DNA of 64,000 nucleotides from an uncultured Actinomycetota bacterium (GTDB lineage: Bacteria > Actinomycetota > Actinomycetes > Mycobacteriales > Mycobacteriaceae), in the NCBI GenBank assembly GCA_963843125.1, contig CAWJIX010000007.1, positions 741,580 to 805,579 on the forward strand, in the 5' to 3' direction. The first letter of the stretch is position 1. Every line of letters begins with the position of its first letter. Shown in pieces: positions 1 to 11,325 of the stretch. A program made the position numbers and the translations under genes. The notes under the pieces are model-generated. The model did not search any database. It was not told the origin of the DNA and was given only the letters and a program-made list of their open reading frames with translations.

Positions 1-2
1 CC

Positions 3-491
3 AACTGCACGCTGCCCACGATCGCGGCCGTCAACGGCGCGGCGGTCGGTGCCGGGCTCAATCTCGCGCTGGCCGCCGATGTCCGCATCGCGGGCCCCGC
101 GGCAATGTTCGACCCGCGCTTCCAGAAACTCGGCATCCATCCCGGCGGCGGTGCGACATGGATGCTGCAGCGCGCCGTCGGCGTGCAGGCGGCCAGGGCA
201 TCGCTGCTGTTCGGGATGCGCTTCGACGCCGAGGCGGCAGTGCGATACGGGCTGGCGCTCGAGATCGCCGACGACCCTGTCGCCGCGGCCAAGAAGCTGG
301 CCGCCGGGCCCGCCGCCGCACCGCGCGACGTCGTGCTCGCCACCAAGGCGTCCATGCGGGCCACCGCCAACCCCGGCACGATCGACTCCGACCAGCACCG
401 CATCGCCGTCGACACCGAGCTGAAACCGCAAGCGGCGTCGATTCTTTCGCCGGAATTCGGGCAACGGCTGGCCGCCGCCAAGCGTAAATAG
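3..491 (+). CDS. Enoyl-CoA hydratase/isomerase family protein (5' truncated by window edge)
   Basis: Frame open from base 3: [30 protein letters not shown]...KLGIHPGGG, crotonase signature. Confidence 0.9.
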   Translation, partial: NCTLPTIAAVNGAAVGAGLNLALAADVRIAGPAAMFDPRFQKLGIHPGGGATWMLQRAVGVQAARASLLFGMRFDAEAAVRYGLALEIADDPVAAAKKLAAGPAAAPRDVVLATKASMRATANPGTIDSDQHRIAVDTELKPQAASILSPEFGQRLAAAKRK

Positions 492-496
492 CGCAT

Positions 497-553
497 TGAG
501 ACTGCACTGGTGGCGAAGAAGTGCGAGTAGGCTCCGCCATCAGCGCAGTCTCA
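497..553. repeat. REP-like intergenic hairpin, probable bidirectional terminator
   Basis: 19-bp arms TGAGACTGCACTGGTGGCG (497-515) and CGCCATCAGCGCAGTCTCA (535-553) with 2 non-Watson-Crick pairs; 19-nt loop containing AAGTGCGAGT; lies between convergent genes. Confidence 0.75.
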
Positions 554-575
554 ACGAAGTTGACCCGGCGGCCCC

Positions 576-1781
576 CTAGCTTTCGAGCAGTGCCAGTTCC
601 GGCGCCTCGATGAGTCGTCTGAGTTCACCGAGGAACTCGGCGAGCTGCGCGCCGTCGGCGATGCGATGGTCGAATGCGCACGTCAACGTCATCGTCGGCC
701 GCGCCACGACGGCATCGTCGACCACGACCGCGCGCGGCTTCAACGACCCCATGCCGAGGATCGCGGCCTCGGGATAGTTGATGACGGGCACACCCTCGTC
801 CAGGCCGAGGGCCCCGAAGTTCGACACCGTGAACGTAGAGCCCTGCAGCTCAACGGGTTTGACGGTACCAGCGCGCGCCTCCTCGACGAGCCGCGACACC
901 GTCCCGGCCAGTTCCCGCGTCGTCTTGTCTTGCGCGTCTTTGACCACGGGCACCAGCAGTCCGCGCGGTGCCGCCACCCCGAATCCCAGGTGCACAGCGG
1001 AGTGGACGTGGATATGCGGTCCGCCAGCGGTGTCCACCCACGTCGAGTTGAACACCGGGTGATGTGTCAGCGCAATCGTCAGCAATCGAAGCGTCAACAC
1101 GAATGGCGTGATCGGCGGCCCTTCGTCACCGACCGCATCCCGCAGCCGGTCCCGAACCCGCAGCAGGGCCGAGCAATCGACCTGGACACTAGCGTGCGCA
1201 TCCGGAATCATGCTCCGCGACAACGTCATTCGCTCCGCCATGGTGGCCTGTACGCCGTGCACACCGATGCTGTCGGGGCCCTGGTCCGTCGCGCCCGCGG
1301 CACCGAGGACATCCTCGCGGGTGACGACGCCGTCCGGTCCCGAACCCGGCGCCAACGCCGCCAGGTCGACGTGCAGGTCGGCGGCCAGCTTGCGCACCGG
1401 GGGCTTGGCGCGCGGTCGCGTTCCGTCGGCGGCCGGTGCCCGTCGGCTGGTATCCATGTCGTCATCGGCGCCGTAGCCGACCAGCACAGGCTTGCGCGAC
1501 CCCTTGCCGTTCTGAGCGGCAGGTGCGGACGTATCGGCGCCGATGCGCACCAACACCGCACCGACGGCGAGCGTCTCCCCTTCTTCACCACCGAGTTCGA
1601 CGACCTGGCCTGCAAACGGACTCGGGATTTCGACCTCGGCCTTGTTGGTCTCGACCGTGCACAGCGTCTGATTCAAGGCGACGTCATCGCCCACCGCCAC
1701 ACACCAGCTGGTGATCGTCGCGTCCTCAAGGCCCTCGCCGAGATCGGGAACCAGGAAGTCGCGCACATCGTGGGGGCTCAT
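576..1781 (-). CDS. bkdC: Branched-chain alpha-keto acid dehydrogenase E2 (dihydrolipoamide acyltransferase)
   Basis: Lipoyl domain ([12 protein letters not shown]), E3-binding region (AKPPVRKLA), catalytic FDHRIADG; ATG at 1781 overlaps the bkdB stop. Confidence 0.93.
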   Translation of the reverse strand: MSPHDVRDFLVPDLGEGLEDATITSWCVAVGDDVALNQTLCTVETNKAEVEIPSPFAGQVVELGGEEGETLAVGAVLVRIGADTSAPAAQNGKGSRKPVLVGYGADDDMDTSRRAPAADGTRPRAKPPVRKLAADLHVDLAALAPGSGPDGVVTREDVLGAAGATDQGPDSIGVHGVQATMAERMTLSRSMIPDAHASVQVDCSALLRVRDRLRDAVGDEGPPITPFVLTLRLLTIALTHHPVFNSTWVDTAGGPHIHVHSAVHLGFGVAAPRGLLVPVVKDAQDKTTRELAGTVSRLVEEARAGTVKPVELQGSTFTVSNFGALGLDEGVPVINYPEAAILGMGSLKPRAVVVDDAVVARPTMTLTCAFDHRIADGAQLAEFLGELRRLIEAPELALLES

Positions 1782-2833
1782 GAGTTCATCGCCTTGTCGA
1801 CACAATCGATCAGGCGGTCGACGCCGGGTAGCCACAGCTTCTCGAGGCGGGCCGGCGGGTACGGAGTGTCGAAACCGGTGGCGCGCAACACCGGTGCCTC
1901 CAGGTCGTAGAACAACTCCTCCTGGATCCGGGCGGCCAACTCCGCACCGAAGCCGAGGGTGCGCGCACCCTCGTGGATGACCACGACCCGCCCGGTCTTG
2001 CGCACCGACTCCGCGATGGTGTCGAAGTCCAGCGGGTTGAGCGAGCGCAGATCGATGACTTCCAGGTGCCAGCCGTACTGGTCGGCCGCCAGATCCGCTG
2101 CCGCCAAGGCAGTCTGCACAAGCCCACCGTAGGTGAGCACTGTCACGTCGCCGCCCGTGCGGCGCACTGCTGCGCGGCCGATGGGCAGTCCGGGCGTGCT
2201 GGTATCGACATCCTCACGCGACCAGTAGCGCCGCTTCGGCTCCAGGTAGACGACCGGATCCCGGCTGGCGATGGAATGCCGCAGAAGCCAGTAGGCGTCC
2301 GACGGTGTCGACGGGATCACCACCTTCAGACCTGCGGTGTGCGCCCAGTAGGTCTCGGTGGACTCCGAATGGTGTTCGACCGCACCGATTCCGCCGAACG
2401 ACGGGATGCGGATCGTCACCGGCATGTTGACGTCGCCGTGGGTGCGCACGCGGTACTTCGCCAGGTGGCTGACCATCTGGTCGAACGCCGGATACGAGAA
2501 GCCGTCGAATTGGATCTCGGGAACCGGGACGAAGCCGCGAATGGCGAACCCGACCGCGATGCCGATGATCGCCGATTCGGCCAGCGGGGTGTCGAAACAT
2601 CTTCCATCGCCGAAGGTTTCGGTGAGGCCCTCGGTGACCCGGAACACACCGCCGAGCCTGGCCACGTCCTCCCCGAACACCAGGACCCGGTCGTCTGCGG
2701 CCATTGCGTCGTGCAGGGCCCTGTTGATCGCCTGCACCATGGTCAGGTTGGTGGCGACCGATACCGGGGTGAACAGCGGTGGCTCGTGGGCGTCGTCCCC
2801 GTAGCCCGCAGGCCGCTCAATAATTTGCGTCAT
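1778..2833 (-). CDS. bkdB: Branched-chain alpha-keto acid dehydrogenase E1 beta
   Basis: [36 protein letters not shown] motifs. Confidence 0.95.
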   Translation of the reverse strand: MTQIIERPAGYGDDAHEPPLFTPVSVATNLTMVQAINRALHDAMAADDRVLVFGEDVARLGGVFRVTEGLTETFGDGRCFDTPLAESAIIGIAVGFAIRGFVPVPEIQFDGFSYPAFDQMVSHLAKYRVRTHGDVNMPVTIRIPSFGGIGAVEHHSESTETYWAHTAGLKVVIPSTPSDAYWLLRHSIASRDPVVYLEPKRRYWSREDVDTSTPGLPIGRAAVRRTGGDVTVLTYGGLVQTALAAADLAADQYGWHLEVIDLRSLNPLDFDTIAESVRKTGRVVVIHEGARTLGFGAELAARIQEELFYDLEAPVLRATGFDTPYPPARLEKLWLPGVDRLIDCVDKAMNS

Positions 2834-2834
2834 G

Positions 2835-3938
2835 TCAGGCCTCCTTCGCCAGCTCGGCCATCAGCTGGTCGCGCTGCGCCCGCAACGTCGGAGTCATCTC
2901 CGCAAAGACCGTGTCGAACAGGTCGCCGACGTCCATGTCGGGCGTGTTGATGATCGCGTCGCGCAGTTCCGCGCACAGCCGCGCCGCACGTGTGTCCACA
3001 CGGTGATCCAGTCGTTCGGTCCACGCGCCGACATTCTGTAAATAGCTGCGGTACCGCGGAATCGGGTCCAATGCGGTCCACCTGTCAACTTCCTCCTGCG
3101 CGCGGTAGCGGGTCGGATCGTCGGAAGTGGTGTGCGGCCCCAGCCGGTAGGTGACCGCCTCGATCAACGTCGGGCCGGCGCCGTCGCGGGCGCGTTGAGC
3201 GGCTTCGGCCATCACCGCGTAGCACGCGAGCACGTCGTTGCCGTCGACACGGATGCCGGGCATGCCGTACCCGATCGCCCGGTGCGCGATCGACGGGCCG
3301 GCGTGCTGACGGCTCACCGGAACCGAGATCGCCCACTGGTTGTTCTGGACGAAAAACACGCACGGCGCCTTGTACACCGCGGCGAGGTTGAGCGCTTCGT
3401 GCGCATCGCCCTCGCTCATCGCACCGTCGCCGAGGTATGCGACCGTCACCGAGTCTTCACCGAGGCGTTGCGCTGCCATCGCCGCCCCTACTGCGTGCAA
3501 TCCGTGCGTGCCGATCGGGATCGCGATCGGCGCGACGCACTTCTCGGTGAATCCGAGCCCGCCGTGCCACCGACCCCGCCAGACCGCGCCCATCTGCGCC
3601 GGTGTGATGCCGCGCAGCAGGAACGCGCCGATCTCGCGGTACTGCGGGAACAGCCAGTCGGTCTTGCGCAGGCAGGCAGCCGACCCGATCTGTGCGGCCT
3701 CCTGACCGCGGCACGGCGCGAACAGCGCGAGCTCGCCTTGGCGCTGCAGGTTGACGAACTCGGCGTCGAGCGCGCGGGTGACGGCCATCGACTCGTAAAG
3801 CCAGGCCAGCGTTTCGGGCGGGAGGTCTCTTCGGTAGCGGGTCTCGGCGGTCGGCGTCCCATCCGGAGCGACCAGTTGAATCGGCTCCAGCTCGACGTCG
3901 CCTATCGACGTCAGGGGTGCCTGGACGGACCCTGCCAT
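2835..3938 (-). CDS. bkdA: Branched-chain alpha-keto acid dehydrogenase E1 alpha
   Basis: TPP motif GDGAMSEG...NN, YRLGPHTTSDDP; AGGAGG RBS upstream of ATG 3938. Confidence 0.95.
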   Translation of the reverse strand: MAGSVQAPLTSIGDVELEPIQLVAPDGTPTAETRYRRDLPPETLAWLYESMAVTRALDAEFVNLQRQGELALFAPCRGQEAAQIGSAACLRKTDWLFPQYREIGAFLLRGITPAQMGAVWRGRWHGGLGFTEKCVAPIAIPIGTHGLHAVGAAMAAQRLGEDSVTVAYLGDGAMSEGDAHEALNLAAVYKAPCVFFVQNNQWAISVPVSRQHAGPSIAHRAIGYGMPGIRVDGNDVLACYAVMAEAAQRARDGAGPTLIEAVTYRLGPHTTSDDPTRYRAQEEVDRWTALDPIPRYRSYLQNVGAWTERLDHRVDTRAARLCAELRDAIINTPDMDVGDLFDTVFAEMTPTLRAQRDQLMAELAKEA

Positions 3939-3955
3939 ACCGCCTCCTAGGGTCA

Positions 3956-3978
3956 CTGACGGCGGATCGCGCCGTCAG
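3956..3978. other. Intra-operon hairpin upstream of the bkdA RBS
   Basis: Perfect 9-bp stem CTGACGGCG/CGCCGTCAG with 5-nt loop, between citE and bkdA. Confidence 0.5.
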
Positions 3979-4038
3979 GCGACTGAGGTGCTCAGCACGG
4001 AGGCGGTCAGAGCAAAACCCCTGGTAAGAGGCCGCCGG

Positions 4039-4857
4039 CTAGGTGCCAGGGTGAGGCGCTAGCTGGACGATGCGCTCTGCTCGCCGCAGCACTGGGGCAT
4101 CCACCATTATGCCCTCGAATTGGAAGACGCCGCGTTCTGCGCGGGCCGTGTCGAGCACCCGCCGAGCCCAATCCACCTGATCGTCGGTCGGGGCGTACGC
4201 GCCGCGCACGACGGCGACCTGCGTCGGATGGATCGCGACCTTGGCATCGAACCCGACCGCGACGGCGTCATCGGCCTCGGCGCGCAGACCGTCGAGGTTT
4301 CTGATGTCGAGGTACACAGAGTCCAGGGCCATCCGTCCGTACGCCTTGGCCGCCAGCAACGTCTGGGACCGGACGTGCTTGGCGACGTCGCGGTAGCTGC
4401 CGTCGGGCCACCGGTTGGCGGTGCCGCCCGTCACGGCGAACAGGTCTTCGGCGCCCCACATGAGGGCATAGGCGTTGTCGATGCGGGCCAACTCGTTGAC
4501 CATCACCGCGCCGAGCGGTGTTTCGATCAGCACCACGACGTCCAGCGGTGCCAGGTCGCGAATCTGCTGCGGATCCTCGGTTTTGGCCAGCATCACGGTG
4601 GTGTACTTCGTTTTGGCGAGCGCCTCGAGATCGGCTTGATGGTCGTCCGTGGTCGCCGGGTTGACTCGGACGACAGTGCGGTCCGGATCCAACGGCCTGT
4701 CGACGAGCGCAGTGCGCGCCCCTTCCCGATCTTTGGCCGCGACACCGTCTTCCAGATCGAGGATCACCACATCGGCAGCCGCGGCGGCCTTCTCGAACCG
4801 TTCCGGGCGGTCGGCGGGACAGAACAGCCAGCCGGGTCCGGCTCCGGTGATCGCCAC
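4039..4857 (-). CDS. citE: CitE-like CoA-ester lyase (HpcH/HpaI family)
   Basis: LFCPADRPER, DLEDGVA, LIETPLG, GAEDL, AIHPTQV; position in the leucine operon. Confidence 0.92.
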   Translation of the reverse strand: MAITGAGPGWLFCPADRPERFEKAAAAADVVILDLEDGVAAKDREGARTALVDRPLDPDRTVVRVNPATTDDHQADLEALAKTKYTTVMLAKTEDPQQIRDLAPLDVVVLIETPLGAVMVNELARIDNAYALMWGAEDLFAVTGGTANRWPDGSYRDVAKHVRSQTLLAAKAYGRMALDSVYLDIRNLDGLRAEADDAVAVGFDAKVAIHPTQVAVVRGAYAPTDDQVDWARRVLDTARAERGVFQFEGIMVDAPVLRRAERIVQLAPHPGT

Positions 4858-5345
4858 TATGCGTCTCCCTCGGGCCGCTTGCGCACCATCGTCTTTCGCG
4901 ACGCCGTCGCTACGATGTCGCCGCGCTGATTGCGGCCGGTGTGAGCGAAGGTGACGATGCCCTCCCCGGGCCGGCTCTTGGACTCGCGCTTGTCGGTCAC
5001 CTCGGTCTCGGCGTAGAGGGTGTCACCGTGGAACAGCGGCTTCGGGAAGGCGACCTCGCTGAAGCCCAGGTTGCCGACGATCGTGCCCTGGGTCAGCTGC
5101 GCTACCGACAGCCCGACGAGGGTCGACAGCGTGAACATGGAGTTGACCAGCCGCTGATGGAACGGCGGCAGCGCATCGGAGAAGGCCGCATCGAGATGCA
5201 GCGCCTGGGTGTTCATCGTCAGCGTGGTGAACAGCACGTTGTCGGCCTCGGTGATGGTGCGGCCGGGCCGGTGCTGGTAGAGCACACCCGGCTCGAACTC
5301 CTCGAACCAGAGCCCGCGCTGCACCACGATTTTCTTGTCGCTCAC
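4857..5345 (-). CDS. MaoC-family (R)-specific enoyl-CoA hydratase
   Basis: GLWFEEF..G...HRPGRTITEADN...NTQALHLD hot-dog motif; Rv2499c-like position. Confidence 0.9.
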   Translation of the reverse strand: MSDKKIVVQRGLWFEEFEPGVLYQHRPGRTITEADNVLFTTLTMNTQALHLDAAFSDALPPFHQRLVNSMFTLSTLVGLSVAQLTQGTIVGNLGFSEVAFPKPLFHGDTLYAETEVTDKRESKSRPGEGIVTFAHTGRNQRGDIVATASRKTMVRKRPEGDA

Positions 5346-6502
5346 AGGCCGGCTTCCCGCGCGATGAGCATCAGCTGCACTTCTGTTGTCCCTTCTCCGA
5401 TCTCGAGGATCTTGCTGTCGCGGTAGTGCCGTGCGACGGGGTATTCGTTCATGAAGCCGTACCCGCCGAACACCTGCGTGGCGTCGCGCGCGTTGTCCAT
5501 CGCGGCCTCGCTGGCGACCAGTTTGGCGATCGCGGCGGCCTTCTTGAAGGGCTTGCCCGACAACAGAAGAGCGGCCGCATCGTAGTAGGCGGTGCGGGCG
5601 GCGTGCGCTCGCGCCTCCATGCGGGCGATCTTGAAGGCGATGGCCTGATAGGTGCCGATGGCCGCGCCGAACGCCTCACGCTCTTTGGCGTAGCGAACGC
5701 ATTCGTCAACGCAACCCTGTGCGGCGCCGACCGACAACGCGGCGATCGCGATGCGGCCCTCGTCGAGGATCCGCAGGAAATTCGCATACCCGCGGCCGCG
5801 TTCGCCGAGCAGGTTCTCCGCGGGCACCCGCACGTCGTCGAAGCTCAGCGGGTGGGTGTCAGAGGCGTTCCAGCCGACCTTGTTGTACGCGGGTTCGGCG
5901 GTGAAGCCCTCGGTGGGCACCGGCACCAGGATCGACGAGATCTCCTTGCCGCCGCCGGCTTCACCGGTGACCGCGGTGACCGTCACCAACTTGGTGATGT
6001 CGGTGCCCGAGTTGGTGATGAATTGCTTTGACCCGTTGATAACCCAGTGATCACCGTCGAGCTTCGCCGTGGTTTTGGTGGCGCCCGCATCGGTACCACC
6101 GCCGGCCTCGGTCAACCCGAACGCGCCGAGCGCCTTGCCACTTGCCAACAGCGGCAACCACTCCTGCTTCTGGTCTTCGTTGCCGAAGCGATACACGGGC
6201 ATCGCGCCCAGCGACACACCTGCCTCCAGCGTGATGGCCACGCTCTGGTCGACCTTGCCGAGTTCTTCGAGCGCGAGGCACAACGCGAAGTAGTCGCCGC
6301 CCATGCCGCCGTACTCCTCGGGGAACGGCAGCCCGAACAGACCCATGTCGGCCATGCCGGAGACGACCTCGTAGGGGAACGAGTGCTCTTGGTCGTGTTT
6401 GGCGGCGACGGGTGCGACGACGCTCTGCGCGAAGTCGCGCACCGTCTTGGCAAGCTGCTCGTAGTGATCCGGCAGCGTGCCGGTCGCTAGAAAATCACTC
6501 AT
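5342..6502 (-). CDS. fadE19: Acyl-CoA dehydrogenase (probable isovaleryl-CoA dehydrogenase)
   Basis: [38 protein letters not shown]. Confidence 0.9.
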   Translation of the reverse strand: MSDFLATGTLPDHYEQLAKTVRDFAQSVVAPVAAKHDQEHSFPYEVVSGMADMGLFGLPFPEEYGGMGGDYFALCLALEELGKVDQSVAITLEAGVSLGAMPVYRFGNEDQKQEWLPLLASGKALGAFGLTEAGGGTDAGATKTTAKLDGDHWVINGSKQFITNSGTDITKLVTVTAVTGEAGGGKEISSILVPVPTEGFTAEPAYNKVGWNASDTHPLSFDDVRVPAENLLGERGRGYANFLRILDEGRIAIAALSVGAAQGCVDECVRYAKEREAFGAAIGTYQAIAFKIARMEARAHAARTAYYDAAALLLSGKPFKKAAAIAKLVASEAAMDNARDATQVFGGYGFMNEYPVARHYRDSKILEIGEGTTEVQLMLIAREAGL

Positions 6503-8514
6503 GACTGCTCTGCTTCCTGACTAGCTTCCGTTGAATTGCCGGCCCCGCCGGCGGTGATGCGGGCCAGCGGCTGGCCCACCTTGACCTGATCGCCGACCGC
6601 GACGAGTAGTTCGACCACGCCGTCGACGGGCGCGGTCAGCGCGTGCTCCATCTTCATGGCCTCGACAGCGACGACGACCGATCCGGCCGTCACCGTCGCG
6701 CCATCGTCAGTACCGACGGCCACCACCGATCCCGGCATCGGGCTGACCAGTTCGGCGTCGCCGCTGTGTTCGTCGTCGGGACGGACGGGCGCCTCGCGCA
6801 CCTCGTCGACGACCGCGGTGCGGCCGGCGCCGGCCAACCAGATCCGGCCGCCCGCTGCGGCGACGCGGTACTCGGTTCGCAACCCGTCGAGCGTGATAAC
6901 CAGTCGACCGTCATCGAAACCGACGGTAAGCCTGTGTGGTTCACCATTCTCGACAACGGCCGTCGCGGCGCGCGGTGTCCCGGTGAGGTAGACGTGGTCG
7001 GTGCGCTCGCCTGCGTGCAGGCGGACGGTGGTGGGCGCGTGCTGACCGATGCGCCAACCCGAGGGCACCTCCCACAGATTTCCTGCCGGAACCGGCCAGC
7101 TGCCCAACCACTTGTAGGCTGCAGCGGCGATCAGCTCGCCGTCCCCGGGTCGGGTAGCCGCGAAATCCGTTGTCCGGCGGTCCAACAGCCCGGTGTCGAG
7201 CCGGCCCGCGACCACGTCGGGATCGGCCAGCAGAAAGCGCAGGAACTCGATGTTGGTCGTCACCCCCAGCACGGCGGTGTCGGCGAGTGCCCGGTCGAGC
7301 GCACGCAGCGCCGCGGGCCGGTCGGCGGCGTGCGCGATGACCTTGGCCAGCATCGGGTCGTAATCGCTGCCGACGACGGTGCCGACCGCGAGCCCGGAGT
7401 CCACGCGGACACCGGGTCCGTGCGGCTCGACGAGGCCGAGCACGTCGCCGCCGGTCGGCAGGAATCCGACCGCGGGATCCTCGGCGTAGACACGTGCTTC
7501 GACGGCGTGCCCGGTCATGACGATGTCGTCCTGCGCAATGGGCAGTTTCTCGCCGGCGGCGATGCGCACCTGCTGCTCGACCAGATCGATGCCGGTGACC
7601 ATTTCGGTGACCGGATGCTCGACCTGAAGCCGGGTGTTCATCTCCATGAAGAAGAACTCGTCGGGCCGGTCCGCGGAGACGATGAACTCGACGGTGCCCG
7701 CGCCGGTGTAGTCGACGCTGCGGGCGGTGTCGCAGGCGGCGGTGCCGATGCGGGCCCGCGTCGGCTCGTCCAGCAGCGGGGACGGCGCCTCTTCGATCAC
7801 CTTCTGGTGACGCCGCTGCAGGCTGCATTCGCGTTCGCCGAGATGGATCACATTGCCGTAGCCGTCAGCGAGCACCTGCACCTCGATGTGGCGCGGGTTG
7901 CGCACAAATCGCTCGAGGAACAGGGTGTCGTCACCGAATGCCGCGCCCGCCTCACGCCGCGCACTGGTCAGCGCCGCCTGCAGTTCGGATGGCTCGCTGA
8001 CGACCCGCATGCCCTTGCCGCCACCGCCGGCCGACGGCTTCACCAGCACTGGATATCCGATGTCGCCCGCCGCCGCGACCAGGTCGTCGTCGGTCAGGGC
8101 CGGCCGCGCGATGCCCGGGACCACCGGAACCCCGAACGCCGACACCGTCGTCTTGGCGGCGATTTTGTCGCCCATGGTCTGGATCGCCTTGACCGGCGGC
8201 CCGATGAACACGATGCCCGCCGCCTCCAATGCGGCCGCGAATTCGGCGTTCTCCGAGAGGAACCCGTAGCCGGGATGAATCGCCTGCGCACCGGTGCGGC
8301 GTGCGGCACCGACGACCGCGTCGATGTTGAGGTAACTCTGCCGCGCCGGAGCGGGCCCGATGCCCACGGCGACGTCGGCCTCGGCGACGTGGCGGGCGTT
8401 GGCGTCGGCGTCGCTGAACACGGCGACCGAGCGGATGCCCATCTCGCGCAGTGTGCGGATGACGCGAACGGCGATCTCGCCGCGGTTGGCAACCAGGACG
8501 GTGTGGAGATTCAC
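6499..8514 (-). CDS. accA1: Acyl-CoA (methylcrotonyl-CoA) carboxylase alpha subunit, biotin carboxylase plus BCCP
   Basis: [41 protein letters not shown], biotinyl EAMKM; GTG start at 8514 just after the accD1 stop. Confidence 0.93.
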   Translation of the reverse strand: MNLHTVLVANRGEIAVRVIRTLREMGIRSVAVFSDADANARHVAEADVAVGIGPAPARQSYLNIDAVVGAARRTGAQAIHPGYGFLSENAEFAAALEAAGIVFIGPPVKAIQTMGDKIAAKTTVSAFGVPVVPGIARPALTDDDLVAAAGDIGYPVLVKPSAGGGGKGMRVVSEPSELQAALTSARREAGAAFGDDTLFLERFVRNPRHIEVQVLADGYGNVIHLGERECSLQRRHQKVIEEAPSPLLDEPTRARIGTAACDTARSVDYTGAGTVEFIVSADRPDEFFFMEMNTRLQVEHPVTEMVTGIDLVEQQVRIAAGEKLPIAQDDIVMTGHAVEARVYAEDPAVGFLPTGGDVLGLVEPHGPGVRVDSGLAVGTVVGSDYDPMLAKVIAHAADRPAALRALDRALADTAVLGVTTNIEFLRFLLADPDVVAGRLDTGLLDRRTTDFAATRPGDGELIAAAAYKWLGSWPVPAGNLWEVPSGWRIGQHAPTTVRLHAGERTDHVYLTGTPRAATAVVENGEPHRLTVGFDDGRLVITLDGLRTEYRVAAAGGRIWLAGAGRTAVVDEVREAPVRPDDEHSGDAELVSPMPGSVVAVGTDDGATVTAGSVVVAVEAMKMEHALTAPVDGVVELLVAVGDQVKVGQPLARITAGGAGNSTEASQEAEQS

Positions 8515-8518
8515 GTCA

Positions 8519-10090
<1,572 letters not shown>

Positions 10091-10094
10091 TTAA

Positions 10095-10110
10095 GTTAAT
10101 GACGACTAAC
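10095..10110. promoter_or_regulatory. BkaR operator 1
   Basis: GTTAAT-GACG-ACTAAC fits the palindrome GTTANT-N4-ANTAAC, in the accD1/TetR divergent gap. Confidence 0.85.
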
Positions 10111-10119
10111 TCGTGGTAT

Positions 10120-10135
10120 GTTAGTCACGATTAAC
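10120..10135. promoter_or_regulatory. BkaR operator 2
   Basis: GTTAGT-CACG-ATTAAC, second copy of the same palindrome. Confidence 0.85.
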
Positions 10136-10168
10136 CGAAATGTCCATCACCCGGATGGAGGTAGCGCG

Positions 10169-10810
10169 ATGTCCCTGCCGACCTCCGAGGCCACCGCGAC
10201 CAGCCGCAGCAAGGCCAAATCCGACCGTCGCGACAAGCTGATCGCCGCGGCCGAACGACTGGTCGCCGAGCGCGGCTTTCTCGCCGTCCGACTGGAGGAC
10301 ATCGGCGCGGCGGCCGGTGTCAGCGGGCCCGCGATCTACCGCCACTTCCCGAACAAGGAAGCGCTGCTGGTCGAGTTGCTCGTCGGGATCAGCACCCGGT
10401 TGCTCGCCGGGGCAAAGGCGGTCGTTGCACAGGCAACCGACGCCACGTCCGCGCTGGACGGGCTGATCGACTTCCACCTCGACTTCGCGCTCCACGAGTC
10501 CGACCTGATCCGCATCCAGGATCGTGATCTCGGATATCTGCCCGAGCCCGCGAAACGCCAAGTCCGTAAGGCGCAACGGCAGTACGTCGAAATCTGGGTC
10601 GACGTCCTTCGCCGGCTCGATCGCGCGGAGGACGAAGCCGAGGCGCGGCTCATGGCGCACGCGGTGTTCGGCCTGCTGAACTCGACGCCGCACAGCGTCC
10701 GGCCCGGCGCAGCCAAATCGGCCGGCCAAGGGACGGTTCCTGGGTCGCGCGCGATCTTGCGAGAGATGACGATCGCGGCCCTGTCCTTGGCCGGCCGAAG
10801 CGGCGCCTAG
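10169..10810 (+). CDS. bkaR: TetR-family repressor of the branched-chain keto-acid operon
   Basis: HTH LEDIGAAAGVSGPAIYRHFPNK; divergent from accD1; GGAGG RBS before ATG 10169. Confidence 0.88.
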   Translation: MSLPTSEATATSRSKAKSDRRDKLIAAAERLVAERGFLAVRLEDIGAAAGVSGPAIYRHFPNKEALLVELLVGISTRLLAGAKAVVAQATDATSALDGLIDFHLDFALHESDLIRIQDRDLGYLPEPAKRQVRKAQRQYVEIWVDVLRRLDRAEDEAEARLMAHAVFGLLNSTPHSVRPGAAKSAGQGTVPGSRAILREMTIAALSLAGRSGA

Positions 10811-10820
10811 GGCGTTGGTA

Positions 10821-10976
10821 CTAGTACCAGTATTTTCGGCCGCCGACCGCGCGGCCGGTTGCACCGAGGATCCAAAACACCGCGCCGATGACGATCAGCA
10901 CGACGCCGATGTAGGTCAGAATCGAGATACCGAAAAGTATCCCGAGGATGAGGAGGATCACTCCAAGGACGATCAT
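10821..10976 (-). CDS. Small hydrophobic two-helix membrane protein (51 aa; DUF6131-like)
   Basis: Hand-translated, absent from the ORF track: MIVLGVILLILGILFGISILTYIGVVLIVIGAVFWILGATGRAVGGRKYWY; GGAG RBS upstream. Confidence 0.8.
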   Translation of the reverse strand: MIVLGVILLILGILFGISILTYIGVVLIVIGAVFWILGATGRAVGGRKYWY

Positions 10977-11017
10977 TGCTCACTCCGTTCAATCAATGAA
11001 TTGATAGGGCCCGACGA

Positions 11018-11233
11018 TTACTGGCTGGGCTGGGGCAGTTTCACGTTGCAGTCCGCCACCTTCGGGTTGACCCCCGCGTAGTTCAACGGCCCGGCTACGA
11101 CCGTCAACGCGATGGTGCCCGCTGTGGCGCAGTTGTTTGCGTCGGTCTTGAAGTAGTCGCGCTGATAAGCCGCCACCACACCGATCAGCAACCAAATCAA
11201 CACAATTACGCCGAGAATTCCGCCACCACGCAT
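11018..11233 (-). CDS. Small membrane/exported protein (71 aa)
   Basis: MRGGGILGVIVLIWLLIGVVAAYQRDYF...; two Cys; AGGAGG RBS before ATG 11233. Confidence 0.78.
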   Translation of the reverse strand: MRGGGILGVIVLIWLLIGVVAAYQRDYFKTDANNCATAGTIALTVVAGPLNYAGVNPKVADCNVKLPQPSQ

Positions 11234-11325
11234 GCTGGCCTCCTCCTGTTGAGCGCCTACTTGGCGCAGGAGGGTTTTACCCCGCGGATAATTTGAGTAA
11301 ACGCTTGTAACTGATCTTGAATGGT

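Noticed and set aside
10816-10829. 14-bp palindrome as a standalone operator
   Set aside because: Lies between convergent gene ends and overlaps a stop codon; no promoter context.
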